Origin: the human T2T-CHM13v2.0 reference genome, Homo sapiens
Length of the DNA: 64,000 nt
Direction: 5' to 3' (one strand)
Assembly (NCBI RefSeq): GCF_009914755.1
Contig: NC_060943.1
The notes under the pieces were generated by a model. It did no database searches, was not told the origin of the DNA, and saw only the letters and a program-made list of their open reading frames with translations. Positions 27,139-56,863 of the stretch are shown here, one piece after another. The translations under genes and the position numbers were made by a program. Positions within the stretch are counted from its first letter, which is position 1; every line of letters begins with the position of its first letter.

Positions 27139-27597
27139 GTTGAATAACTTTTGTAGAATAACAAAACAAACTATTTTAACTGTAACCTAATTCTCCAAGC
27201 CATGGCACACACAGAAGCACGGAGGGTCAAACAGGAGCAACATCCACATGACAGCCAATGTGCGCACAGCACGCCCCCTCTTGCAATATGACTTCAAGAT
27301 TGAGCAAGTTCCCCAACTAGAGCCACCTACTTGCCATAGTTGTGTAGCACTGATCTTTTTTTTTTTTTGGTAGCATTGATCTTGCATACATGTATAATCC
27401 ATGAACTTAACATCAATGTTACTTGTGTGATACCAAGAAAACCCAGTAAGAGAGCAGGTAAATAATTTAAGTAAGATTTTGTTGGGTATAGTTGAGCTTT
27501 GAAGCACCATAAGCCATTGTACTAAGATTTTGTCCTCCCCGCTAACCAATTTTCACCTCCTTTGAGGCAATATCATCGTCATTAAGAATACATGGGT

Positions 27598-33492
<5,895 letters not shown>

Positions 33493-34504
33493 TCTTAGAC
33501 CAGAAAGGACTGCTGTATCATTGGGTGGAAAGGAGAGGTGTAGTGTGGCTGGGGAGTAGAGCTAAACTGATGATCCCATCCCCGCAGCATCATTTATGGG
33601 GTGCCTAAGGACCAGTCACTAGCATGGCTGGTTCTTCCTTAGGAAGATGTTGCTGGAGGTAGAAAACGTTTCGGAAAGGAAGAAATTTGAGGTTAGAAAG
33701 AAAACAGGAACTTCACACAAGACTTTCAGAAGTGCGATATTCTTTTCCTCTGGGTGCCTCTCTTGGAAAACGCAGAACCGAGAAAAGAAATAAGCATCAT
33801 AGAACATCAGAGCTCTCGGAGCAGACGAAACAATTTAGGATAACACCAACCTCTAGAAAGGGATTAGTCTTCCCCACAGGGCTGTCAAGCTAGAATAGGA
33901 CATCTTTAACAGTGGTCTTCTTCCTAAGACACTTCCAGGGGTAAAGCCTCACCATCAGGGAAACTTCAAAAAGAGCCTCTTACTCTGCAAAGAAACTGCA
34001 GCAGCTGTAACCGCACGATTCTCAGCTGGCTTAATGATGTCCGTGTCACACGAGGAGTACTGCGGCCCGGGAGGGGCCAAGCGCTAGGAGCATTAACAGG
34101 CGGCAGGTGAGCCCACCCCGCGGCCGCACAAGCGCACACGCACACGTCCAGGGCGGAGGAACACTACTAGTAACACCCGCCTCCTTCTAGCCTCTCTATC
34201 CCAAAGTTATGGTGCCGATTTTGTCCGCGGCAGGGGCTCCAGGGGCACACTCATAAATTCGGTGCGGAGGAACACAACTAGCAGCACCACACCCCCGCCA
34301 CTGCCAGAACCAAAGTGACGGTGCCGACACCCCTCCGCAAGCGCAAGGCCGACTTCCATAAGTAATTAGCCAGAGCACCGTCCCGTTCCTGTCAGCACCG
34401 AGCCCCAGCCAGGACACCGGTATTCCCAGCACCATACAAGAACTACTTTTTCGATGAGGCAACCCAAAAGCTGCGAGCGGTTCCCGGTGAGGCCGCCCAC
34501 TCAC

Positions 34505-34560
34505 CTGGCCGGCGCAGACAAGCTCCGTGCGTCAAGACATAACAGCGTAAGTGTACGACG
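34505..34560 (-). other. ZNF571: ZNF571 non-coding first exon (TSS approximate)
   Basis: Consensus donor CAG|GTGAGT (actcac at 34499-34504) inside the CpG island, pointing toward exon 2. Confidence 0.7.
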
Positions 34561-34679
34561 TTGCGCAGCGACGCGGGGGCCTTCGGGAAATGTAGTCTAC
34601 AACTGGAAACCGGCCGGATCGTGTCTGCGCAGGCCCAGCAGCTAAGATCGGGTCCGGCGCTCCAGAACAGAACGATCCC

Positions 34680-34859
34680 TGAGGCTCCCTTGCTCGAACT
34701 GTGGGACTTACCCTACTATGGTCCGAGCCTACCCTATTTCATTATACTCAAGTAACGCCCCAGAAATTCCAGAGAATCTCACACAAAGAGGTTGAGTCTT
34801 GCCGTGGTGCCTTCAGGGGAATGTCATCCCGGGCTAGAAGAGCTGCAAAAGGCTGTCAG
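34680..34859 (+). other. ZNF540: ZNF540 non-coding first exon (proximal TSS approximate)
   Basis: CAG|GTAAGG donor at 34859/34860 within the CpG island. Confidence 0.65.
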
Positions 34860-35493
34860 GTAAGGTCTGGATTTCTCTCTGACAGCTCTGGCCGTGACGC
34901 AGTGGCCACGATACCGGGTTGCTGCTCAACGGGGTTCGGAAGTGTGACGCATTCTTTGCGGCCATGTGTGTGTGTGTGCGTGTGTGTGTGGGTCTGTGCG
35001 CGCGCGTGTCCGAGTGTCCTCTGTGGGTGCAGAGTGGGTAGTGGCCATGCCTGTGTGATGTGCGTCAGATTATGCTTGAGGCTATTAGTGGCGCATTTAG
35101 TATTGTGTGCGGAAGGGTCTTGGGAATGGTTTGATTATAGCTTTGAGGGTGACTGATGTCTGTTTAATCAGATTCAGCCTGCGACTGAGTATCTTATAAC
35201 CTGTAAGAAATTGATTTTTCTTTGCATGGTCATGAATTTAAAATAGATTCCCATGAAATTATATAAATGTAGTGAATGATTCATTGAGAGTTCGCCTGTG
35301 GCAGTGAATGTGGGGAAAGAAGTGTGTGAGCATAATATGGTGAGAATGAGCACGATTGTGTGCAGCGCTGTATTATAGTGATATCTCCTGGCTTCAGTTT
35401 TCTCACCTGTAAAGTGAGGGTGTCAGTCGTGTAACGCTTTGGAACAATGCTTTTTAATAGGAATTTCTGCAAAACTGAGTTCCATTTTTTATA

Positions 35494-35657
35494 TCTGTGC
35501 TCTCCAATATAGTAGCCACTAGCTACATATGGCTATTGAGAAATTGAAATGTGGCTGGTTTGACTGAGGAACGAATTTTTTAAATTGTGTTCAATTTTAA
35601 TAAATCTAAATGTAAACAGCTATATATGGCTAATAGTCTTCCTATTGAACAGTACAA
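35494..35657. mobile_element. MER3-like hAT MITE
   Basis: ctgtgctctccaatatagtagccactagctacatatggctattgag...attgaacagtaca. Confidence 0.7.
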
Positions 35658-36016
35658 CCTGGAGCATTAATTTGCCTTCAAGATTTGAAGGGGGTAAAAA
35701 CTTAATTCATCTAGCAAATATTTGAAAATGAAATTCTTAAAACTTCCTTAAATTTTTTTTTAAATTTGAGATGATTGTAGATTCATATGAGGTTGTAAGA
35801 AATAATAGATACATTGTGTGTTATCTTCAACTTAGTCTTCTCCAATGACAACATCTTGCAGGACTGTAGTATAATATGACAACCAGGATGTTGACATTGA
35901 TAGTCAAGATAGATCATTTCCATCACCTCGAGGATCTGTTGTGTTGCCCTTTTATAGACAAATGCACTTTCTTCCCTCTTGTTTGAAGATATTCGCGTCA
36001 ACATTAATGATAATGT

Positions 36017-36240
36017 AGGCATACCTCATTTTATTGTGCATCATTTTATTGCACTTTGCAGATACTGTATTTGTTTGTTTTAAAGAGACAGGCTCTCACT
36101 GTCTCACCCAGGCTGGAGTGCAGTGGTGCAGTTATAGCTCACTGCAGTCTCGAACTCCTGGGTTCAAGGGATCCTCCAGCTGGCCCACAAAGCCTGAAAT
36201 ATTTATTATGTGGTTCTTTGCAGGAAAAGTTTGCAGACTC
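36017..36240. mobile_element. Tigger1 terminal fragment, Alu monomer fragment and MER58 fragment
   Basis: aggcatacctcattttattg...gcagatact (Tigger1 end); gagacaggctctcact...; ggcccacaaagcctgaaatattta. Confidence 0.6.
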
Positions 36241-37140
36241 CCAATCTATATTATTTCTGATGGCTACTTTATTTTCTATTATATGGATACACTAGAATTT
36301 ATTTAACCTGTTCTTTATTGAAGTCTAATTTATGTTTGTATCTAGCTTTTTCCATTTTAAAATTAGTCTATCTGCACCTGTCTGCATATATCCTAGTGAA
36401 CATATATAATTATTTTCCTTAGACAGGGTCATAGGAGTGGGATTACTGAAACATCTGGCTCATATTATTAAATTCTGCTAATATAAATTTCTAATTTACC
36501 CTCTTTAAGGTGGCACCAGTGTATAACATGGCGTGAGGGCATCTATTTTACTCCAGTTTAACATGTTATTATCAGTCTATTCAATGTTCCCGTGTTGTAA
36601 ATATAAAATGCTATTTGCCACTTTAACGTATATTATCTTAATAAGTAGCAACATTTAATAGCTTTTAGTCATTAAACCCAAGTCATTATTCACGCTTGGG
36701 TTTTATTAGGCGTAATAAGAAATTCTGGGTATCAGTGACAAGAGCACAGTTGAAAAAGAACTGGCTTTGTAGTTGGAGAATTGTGGATTCAGAACTCAGA
36801 TGTCTTGTTTATTAACAGTGGATTTAGGTTTCTGTTTTTCTGATGTTGAAGTGGAGATAATAATGACATTGTAGAACTGTTCTAAGGATTAAATAGCTAT
36901 ATATAAGGTATGCATCACATAAAAGTTGATTTTTTTTTTATTGCTTCCAGGGCCATAAATTTACTTCTCCCTCTAGTTTGGGTACTGAGGGAGAAGGGAG
37001 GGTGAATGATGTCCTGCAGGGACCCTGGGGACTCTTCTGATTGAGGGAAATGGGGAGTGGTGAGCCCTGAGGATTGTGGGAGTTCCAGTTCAGGCTAGGA
37101 AAAGGGATCCCAGTGTGCAAGTATAATTTTGCAATGATAA

Positions 37141-37710
<570 letters not shown>

Positions 37711-38139
37711 TCTGTTCTATCTTTCGTTTTTAAGTCTGGGGAGGCCAGGAAGCTCCTAAGGCCATGAAGGCAGTCTGCTTTGGATAATGTGGTCTGTCCC
37801 CTTTGGATGGTGAGAATTGAGGGAAGAGAATCTACTCTGGGCAATTCTGAACATCCCAGCCTTGGGCCTAGATCAGTATCCTCATAGTGGGGATTGGCCC
37901 AGAACTCTCCTGCTGAAATATTGGTCATGTGTTCTAATGCAGGATAACCTCTGCACTGTGTCCATCCTCGTACAGCCAGGTTCCCTTGCTGTGGTGAGTG
38001 TGTCGGAGGGAGGTGAGGGAAGTGTAGGGGAGGTATTTGCAAGCAACAGTGGAAAATAAAAGATTATTAATTTATATCATATTGTTACCTCTGAGGCAGA
38101 CCTAGTCTCACTGTCTCATTTTTTTCTCCTCTAACTCAG

Positions 38140-38220
38140 GCTTCTCAGAACTTTGCTTCTCCAGCAGAATAATCCTGCGGAAGACTGAGCAGTTCTTGTG
38201 AGTGTAAAACCATGGCCCAT
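38140..38220 (+). CDS. ZNF540: ZNF540 exon 2 (5'UTR plus M-A-H, ATG at 38212)
   Basis: Polypyrimidine tract ...ctaactcAG|G; aaaaccATG GCC CAT|GTAAGT. Confidence 0.88.
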
Positions 38221-39365
38221 GTAAGTCACAGTTTCTCTTTCCTTTTTAGATTATTTTGTTTTTAAAGATCATGTGAACATTTTCACTCTTTATGCTGACA
38301 CTTCCTAAGAATTTTTTCTTCATCCCCACATTTCCAAGCTCCTCCCATGGGCCCCCTCTCTTTTCTAACCAGTATCCACATGCACATTGACCAACTCATT
38401 CAGGGTACTCAGTCTCTGTCTAGGGCAGAGATGGAACAGACATGAAGTTCCTAGAGGGGGAGGTACTTTACCATCCTTTGTCAGATCTGAGGTGTAATGA
38501 AACCAAGAATGGAATCATTTGACTACATGTAGGAAAGCACTGCAGTTTTCCACAGATCCTGTGTCTGTAGATAAAATGCAGTTTAATATTGATTGGCCTC
38601 AGTTTCAGTATGTGGTTGGGGCCTGCTTATAGAGAGGCCAGGGGATCTTTCCTGAGAATCTCTGAGGTGAAAACCCATAGTAAGACGCATTTTGTGGTTA
38701 AACGGAATGTGCTAGTCTTGACATCAGTATGATTCTGGTTCATTACATCAATATTCTTAATCTCAAGAAAAAAGAAGGTGTGTAGTACTTATAAGAAAAT
38801 CATCCAGATACATAAATATTAGTTAATTGTATTCTCCCAGATTTGCAGTGAGGTACTATGGCCTCGAACTTCTGAGTTCACCACTGTACTCCAGCGTGGG
38901 CAACAGAGTGAGATCTCCGTCTCGATTGATCAATCGATTGATCGATAGATAGATAGATAGATAAACTTAAAGGAAAAAGAGGATATAGGATTCTTTTTTA
39001 TGTATTAAGTGGTTTTTCTTAAAGTATTTATTATTAAGTAATAATTTATTGAGAATTTTTGAGGTAGAAATATAGTTTATTTGCTTGTATCCACTGTTTA
39101 ATTGAATTGGGAAACATTTATTTGTTCCCAGAAATGTTTTGAGTAGTTAAAGAACCCCATAATATACAGGAAATTTTGCATATAGTGGCTGGATTCTTCA
39201 AGAAAATGAGGTGACTCTGCTTTAGAACACCTGGTTCCTTTCTTCTATCTTTATCATAAGCTTTCAGCCCCAGCCTAGAGTTTAGTATAGTACCCCTTGC
39301 TGCAATGAAACCTTTTATCTCCTTTTCTTCTTTTTAAAATACTTGTTCTGTAATTTCACCAGTAA

Positions 39366-39533
<168 letters not shown>

Positions 39534-40770
39534 TAATGTAGACTCTGTTATCTGAAATAGTAGCTTTCTCTTCCACAAATTTAGGACTAATTATTAAGAA
39601 ACTAGCTGAATTTCTTCTGTCTTCCTCAAGGAATGGACTGAACTTTGATGGTTTGTGAATGGCACTTCCACTAAATGCTTTCATTTTCACCATACCTCAC
39701 TGAGCCTCATGAAATGTTCCTTAATCCATTACTGTAGTTACTTCTTCCTTAATAGTTAAGAGACTGGATTTGAATTTTGGGGCATTTACTCCAAAGCCAA
39801 TGTCAATGAAATCAGGTTTCACATTGCATTTGAGCTCAGAATTGCTATGGATGCTCTGTTATTTGGTAACATGCCTATAAGGATAACAGCCCTACCCAGG
39901 GTCTACAATTTACATGTCATGGTTCAGACCAATAACATTGATTTAAAATTAAAGTGAATGCATTCTACTTCCTAAAACAAATATTTTCTCTTACTGATTT
40001 GTGATTGAAAATTTTACCTATTGGACATTATGCTCAGTACCTGGGTGGTGGGATCAAATGTACCTCAAACCTCAGCATCACACAATATCCCCAGGTAACA
40101 AACCTGCACGTATGGCCCTGTATCTAAAATAAAAGTTGAAATTAGTTAAAGTAAAATAAAATTTATTAACTTAGCATCTAACTTTAAATGAATATCTTAG
40201 CAAGAACCTAGAAATATTTTAGGAAGCTTCTTGTTTTGCTCTAAGTAAATTAACAACAACAAAAATAATAATAGCTAATAGAGTGCTTACTATATACCAG
40301 GCATCATTCTAAGTACTAGCTACAAGATACAAAAGAAAAAAAGAAAATAAAAGGTACTACTTTTATTTTCATTTTACAGATGAAAAAACTGAGGCCCAAA
40401 TAATTTAACCAGTTTGTTTACAATCATTAGTCAATAGGTAGTAGAGTAGAATTTGGACCCACATAGTCTGGCTTCAGAGGCTATGCCCTCAATAACTACT
40501 GCCTCTCAATAGAGCCAGTCTGTATGAGTTTTAATTCCAAAATGAATTAAAATTCTCCTAGATGAATTTTAATTCCCCTGCCCATCAAGTTTCTTTATTC
40601 TCTGGGATCCTGAGGTTACACTAAGTTGAATATTCTTTAATCCTGTCAGTTTTTTCCGAAGTCTTCATCGAAATCATGTTGATCCATATAAATTTAACCA
40701 AGTCTCAAAATGTTTCTGAATGTGCAATGTTTTATTTCTATATATTCTTTTATTTCTTTCTTGTAAGCAG

Positions 40771-40866
40771 GATATTCTGGCTCAAAGCCAGATGTGATTA
40801 CCTTACTGGAGCAAGGGAAAGAGCCCTGCGTGGTGGCGAGGGATGTGACAGGAAGACAGTGCCCCG
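40771..40866 (+). CDS. ZNF540: ZNF540 KRAB-B exon (96 bp)
   Basis: (G)YSGSKPDVITLLEQGKEPCVVARDVTGRQCP; aagcAG| acceptor and G|GTGAGT donor. Confidence 0.93.
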
Positions 40867-41199
40867 GTGAGTTGAGAGTTCATCAGGCAGATGGAAGCCC
40901 TCATTGCCAGTCACGGCCAGCTGGTGAGGGAGCATATACAGGCTTTGCATGCTGTTTAGGGAGTTACTCTCAGAGGCCTCAGGCCTTTGGAGTAAAGGTT
41001 AAGACAGGGAAGAAAACAGATCATCTGAGCATGAACTATCAAAAGAACCTCATCTTGGCTCCTACTTACCACCTGTCTTTGTTTTTGTTTCCCCTCGTAT
41101 TACTCTCCATTTCAGTAAAGGGAATGCTCTTTCCTAGTGCAATCAATTGCTTCCTATCTTTTCTCCATTGACATGTGTGCTTGTTTCTAATGCCTAAAA

Positions 41200-43400
<2,201 letters not shown>

Positions 43401-44044
43401 ACTTTTTATTTTCTGTTAATCAGGAGTTAATAACAGTTAACATTGATTATTTACTGTATACCAGATTTAGTCATTTCACAATGTATATATTCTTCAAAAT
43501 ATGTTGTACAGAGTAAATACATAAAATTTATCTGTCAATGTAAAAAATAATGCATTTTTAAAACTATGAAGAAAAGGCTATTAAGTTCTATATAGTATGT
43601 TGATTCCTCTATATCAAGCCAAATTCTGATTTGTATTTTATTTGCAGATTTTTTTTAGTTGAAATTCTTGGGGTGTATATAATCAGATCATTTGCAAATC
43701 ATGATAGTTTTTCATTCTTTCTTAAAAATGTTTGCCTCTAAAGTTCTTAATTCTGCTTAGTTGTTTTGCTTATCATAATTTTATAAAAAGGATAAGATAA
43801 CTTTTCTTTTTGCTCTTTTCTCGAGTAGCTAAACTAACTTTAAAATTATCTGTTCTTTAAAACTTTGATAGACGTCTATGAAATTGTTTGCAAGGATAGG
43901 TGTTTCACAATGGAATTTCATTTGCTTAGGCTTTTTATTTCTTCTGTGGTCAATACAGGAAATTAATAGTTTCCTTAAAATTTTTTATTCTGGAATATAC
44001 AGGATTATTTTGTTTAGAGCATTACATAGAGCTTTGGAAAATAG

Positions 44045-49773
<5,729 letters not shown>

Positions 49774-50783
49774 TTAAAGGATGAGTAGGCAAAACAAGGG
49801 CTTTTTCATTTTATACATTTGGTTGAACTACCTTGGATTTACTTTTGTTCTGATCTGTAAAGGAAGTAAGGTAGGAAAGAGTGCATTTAATCACTGTAAT
49901 AAGGTGAGAGAGATTAGAGCTCCTTTGTAATTGTTACAAAAATATAAAAATTAAGTGATTGTCCTGATATTCAGCTGTCCTATACATGACTTATCTGTCA
50001 TTCATCATCATAATTTCCTTTAAGACAATGATTAATTTATTGTACAGTCAGTTGTTTAATGCCTGCTGTATGCTAGTGGGTAGTTATTCACTGTTGAATG
50101 AAATAAGGATTACATCTTCCTTTGGGAAGGTTTAGGGATCAGAAAATCAACAAAAGAGCAAAAAGAAAAATCAGTGGATATGCGTTTGAAAATTGTGAAA
50201 TGAAGAAATGAAACATGATGCTGGAATTGAGAATAAAGGACATAGACTGCCTTACAGTCGGTAGGGCAAGCCTTTCTGTGTAAGAGATATTTAACCAACC
50301 ATTAAGAATGAGAAGGAGTTGGCCTTTCACAGAGCCCTGGACAGATTATTTTTAGGAGATGAAAAATCCCATAGAAAACTATATGAAATGGGAAATGTTA
50401 TGACACAATCGAGGAGCTGAATAGAAGCAAGTCATAATAAGAGGGAGTAAGGAGGACAATGTCTTTGAAAGAGGTCTTTAGGTAACCAAAGACCATATTA
50501 TATTATATGGTAACATGTTTGGATTTTATTCTAAGAGTAAAGAAAAACTGTTAAAATTGTTAAGTGGAGATTCTCAAACTTTGATCTATATCAGAATCAT
50601 CTAGTGGAGTTATTAAAAATTCAGATACCAAATTACTCCTGTAGATTTGGTTCACTTGACTTGTGTGTAACTAAATAGCAGTATTTGTGATAAAGTTCCC
50701 CAGATGATTCTCATACACAATAAAATTTTAGAACCACTGACGTAAATAAACTATTTGCCATATCACCACAATCTTATATAATC

Positions 50784-51085
<302 letters not shown>

Positions 51086-51270
51086 TAATCTCTCATTTTC
51101 TAAGCTCATGTTGCCTAATTTCAAATTATATAACTTTATTGAAATATTCTTTAAGCCACTGACTTCTAGTAAGAACCGTTTTCACTTTGTTTCCTATTTT
51201 GAAAATGTAAACTTTATGTTATGCTGGCTACAGGAAAATAATTTTTGTTTGCTTTTATGTTTTCTTTCAG

Positions 51271-53021
51271 GTTTGTTATCCAGGCATAAGACCAAGAAAT
51301 TATCTTCAGAAAAGGACATTCATGAAATCAGTTTATCCAAAGAGAGTATAATAGAAAAAAGTAAAACTCTTCGTCTGAAAGGATCCATTTTTAGAAATGA
51401 GTGGCAGAACAAAAGTGAGTTTGAGGGTCAACAGGGACTTAAAGAAAGATCTATCAGTCAAAAGAAAATCGTCTCTAAAAAAATGTCAACTGATAGAAAA
51501 CGTCCCTCTTTTACTCTGAATCAGAGAATTCACAATAGTGAGAAAAGCTGTGACTCACACTTGGTTCAACATGGGAAAATAGATTCTGATGTGAAACATG
51601 ATTGTAAAGAATGTGGGAGTACTTTTAATAATGTCTATCAGCTTACTCTCCATCAGAAAATTCATACTGGTGAAAAATCCTGTAAATGTGAGAAATGTGG
51701 GAAAGTTTTTAGTCATAGCTATCAACTTACTCTGCATCAGAGATTTCATACTGGTGAGAAACCCTATGAATGTCAAGAATGTGGGAAGACCTTTACTCTT
51801 TACCCACAACTTAATCGACATCAGAAAATTCACACTGGTAAAAAACCCTATATGTGTAAGAAATGTGATAAGGGTTTTTTTAGTAGATTAGAACTTACTC
51901 AACATAAAAGAATTCATACTGGTAAGAAATCTTATGAATGTAAAGAATGTGGAAAAGTTTTTCAACTTATTTTCTACTTTAAAGAACATGAGAGAATTCA
52001 TACAGGTAAGAAACCCTATGAATGTAAGGAGTGTGGGAAAGCTTTTAGTGTATGCGGACAACTTACCCGTCATCAGAAAATTCATACTGGTGTAAAACCC
52101 TACGAATGTAAGGAATGTGGAAAGACCTTTAGACTTAGTTTTTACCTTACTGAACACAGAAGAACTCATGCAGGTAAGAAACCTTATGAATGTAAGGAGT
52201 GTGGGAAATCATTTAATGTGCGTGGACAGCTTAATCGGCATAAAACAATCCATACTGGTATAAAACCTTTTGCATGTAAGGTGTGTGAGAAGGCTTTTAG
52301 TTATAGTGGTGACCTCAGAGTACATTCTAGAATTCATACTGGAGAGAAACCATATGAATGTAAGGAATGCGGGAAAGCCTTTATGCTTCGTTCAGTCCTT
52401 ACTGAACATCAGAGACTTCATACTGGTGTGAAGCCCTACGAATGTAAGGAATGTGGGAAGACCTTTCGAGTTCGTTCTCAAATTAGTCTACATAAGAAAA
52501 TTCATACTGATGTGAAGCCCTACAAATGTGTACGATGTGGGAAGACCTTTAGATTTGGTTTCTACCTTACTGAACACCAGAGAATTCACACTGGTGAAAA
52601 GCCCTATAAATGTAAAGAATGTGGAAAGGCCTTTATTCGTAGAGGGAATCTTAAAGAACATCTGAAAATTCATTCTGGTTTAAAACCCTATGACTGTAAA
52701 GAATGTGGGAAGTCCTTTAGTCGGCGTGGGCAGTTCACTGAACATCAGAAAATTCATACGGGTGTAAAACCATACAAATGTAAAGAATGTGGGAAGGCCT
52801 TTAGTCGTAGTGTAGACCTTAGAATACATCAAAGAATTCATACTGGTGAGAAACCCTATGAGTGTAAACAATGTGGGAAGGCCTTTAGACTTAATTCACA
52901 CCTTACTGAACATCAGAGAATTCACACTGGTGAGAAACCCTATGAGTGTAAGGTATGTAGAAAGGCCTTTAGACAATATTCACATCTTTATCAACATCAG
53001 AAAACTCATAATGTAATTTAA
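51271..53021 (+). CDS. ZNF540: ZNF540 last coding exon: spacer plus 17 C2H2 fingers
   Basis: ORF 51108..53021; acceptor tttctttcAG| at 51270; total CDS 9+127+96+1751=1983 nt = 660 aa. Confidence 0.93.
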
Positions 53022-53124
53022 TATAAGAAAAGGTTTCCATGTCATGCTCTATTTATAGAATATCAAAATATTTATGGCCAGAAGTTCTGTCAATGTGTTG
53101 ATGTTTTTTTACACATATTAACTT

Positions 53125-53194
53125 AATAAATGTATGAGTCTTAAATACCTCTTAGTTCTCATTAAATTTAGGAAAATTCACACTAGAAAATAAA
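53125..53194 (+). promoter_or_regulatory. Candidate polyadenylation signals for ZNF540
   Basis: AATAAA at 53125 and ~53189, 100-170 nt after the stop codon. Confidence 0.45.
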
Positions 53195-53539
53195 GCTGTT
53201 AATGTAACAGTTGTGGAAAAGTGTTCTAGCAACAGCATATACTTATCATCATTGCCTTTCCACTACTCTACTATCTGTGTGATATTAGACAAAATATTTG
53301 CTTCTTGGTACCTCAGCTGTAAAATGAAACACACCTAAAAGTGTGGTTGTTTCCAACATGTATAATACAGCAACAACTATCTGGCCCAAACTGCTTTGGA
53401 TTAATATTGGATATTACTGTTTTTATTATCATCAACATTATTATTAGTGGATTTCTTAATAGGAAGATGCAATGGAGATGACAAATTTGGAAAAACCACT
53501 CATCACTTACATTTCATGAAGTACTTCTTTGATAAAATC

Positions 53540-53901
53540 TGTTATGGGCTGAATGTTTGTGTTCCCGTAACAATTCCTATGTTGAAACACGAATCCCAAG
53601 GTGATGGTATTTGAAGGTAGGGCCTTTAGGAGGAAATTAGGTCATGAGGGTGGAGCCTTCATGAGTGGAATTACTGCCTTTATAAGAAGAAGCCAAAGAG
53701 CCAGCTAGCTCTTTCAACCACATGAGGTTACAGCAAGAAGTCAGCAGTCTACAGTGCAAAAGAGGGCCTTCACCAGAACCCAAGCATGCTGGCACCTTGA
53801 CCTTGGACTTTCAGCCTCCAAAACTGTGAGAAATAAACCTCAGTTGTTTATAAGCCACTGAGTCTACGATATTTTGTTATGCAGCCCAGATAACTAAGGC
53901 A
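53540..53901. mobile_element. MaLR LTR (MLT1A/MSTD-like)
   Basis: tgttatgggctgaatgtttgtgttccc...actgtgagaaataaa...aactaaggca. Confidence 0.8.
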
Positions 53902-54622
53902 CTCCATTAGAATATAAATAAAATGTAAAGATCTAAATTCAGACCTCATTGCTTAAGTTCTAAAATTAAAGATGAAGAGAAACCCTAAGGATGTAGTGAG
54001 TGGGAGGACCTTAGAATGTAGCTGTTGAAGCATCAAAGAGAGGTGTGAGGGAATTTACCCATAATAATACAGAAATTAAATGGATAGAAAAAAGAAAGAT
54101 CTGGCCATGGTGGCTCACGCCTGTAATCCCAGCACTTTAGGAGGCTGAGATGGGTGGATCATCTGAGGTCAGGAGTTTGAGACCAGCCTGGCCAACATGG
54201 AGAAACCCCGTCTCTACTAAAAATACAAAAATTAGCTGGGTGTGGTGGCAGGCACCTGTAGTCTCAGCTACTCGGGAGGCTGAGGCAAGAGCTGAGGCAA
54301 GAGAATCGCGTGAATCCAGGAGGTGGAGGTTGCAGTGAGCTGAGATTGCACCATTGCACTCCAGCATGGGAGACAAGAGCAAGACTTTGTCTCAAAAAAA
54401 GAAAAAAGCTGTCTATTTAGAAAGTTTTTACTAATTTTATTATGAAAATGCTCTGAGACACAGAAACATAGAATGCATTCTATAATGAACACCCATTTTT
54501 ACCTTCCACCTAGATTTGAAAATGTATATTTTGCTTTTTCTATAAAATACATTTTTTTGCGATACCATTTGAGAGTTAAGTTATAAACATCATATCATTT
54601 TGCCCCTAAATCAGTTTGTATC

Positions 54623-56293
<1,671 letters not shown>

Positions 56294-56863
56294 TGTCAAA
56301 TTATAAGAAAGTAGTATCATTTCAATGTATATAAAATTCCACAGCTAATGAAGTCTTTTCTAGAAAATGTACTTCATTGAAATTTACACAACATAATCAT
56401 GCTTGAGTGAACTAGTAAATGGAAAACGTAAATTCAGCTTAAGCTATAGAACAAGCTAGAACAACACAGTCTGCTAGCACAATCTGTTTTAGTTTAATAA
56501 AAACTTCAAGGATAATTGTTACCAGAATTTTCCCAGCTCATGATACATGGCTGACATAATCCAAATGATAAAACTAGAGAGAATAGTTACTAAAAACCAA
56601 AATTTAAATGAGTCCTAATTAAAGAGAAAAATCAAAATGCTAAATAAAATGTCAGCAAAATGATACAATTTTTCAGTAAATATATCTGAAATGTGCAGGC
56701 ACTGGAATATTCTGGTTCTATACATATGCAGCTTAAATTACGGAAAAAGAATTGCTACAGTCCTATTATCATCTAGATTCATTATCATATATATATATAT
56801 ACACATATATATATATTAGCCTTACTATCACTGATACCTCCTGATTTCATCAATGCTAAAAAG

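Larger units (their letters stand above)
34000..35050. promoter_or_regulatory. CpG-island bidirectional promoter for ZNF571 and ZNF540
   Basis: High CpG density; divergent first-exon donors at 34504 (-) and 34860 (+); ZNF143/SBS-type motif GACTACATTTCCCGA on minus strand 34583-34597; ETS core CGGAAGTG 34937-34944 next to TGACGCA; (GT)n at ~34965-34990. Confidence 0.85.

Noticed and set aside
27262-27286. CTCF-like motif (GCAAGAGGGGGCGT on the minus strand)
   Set aside because: Several mismatches to the core consensus; not supportable without ChIP data.
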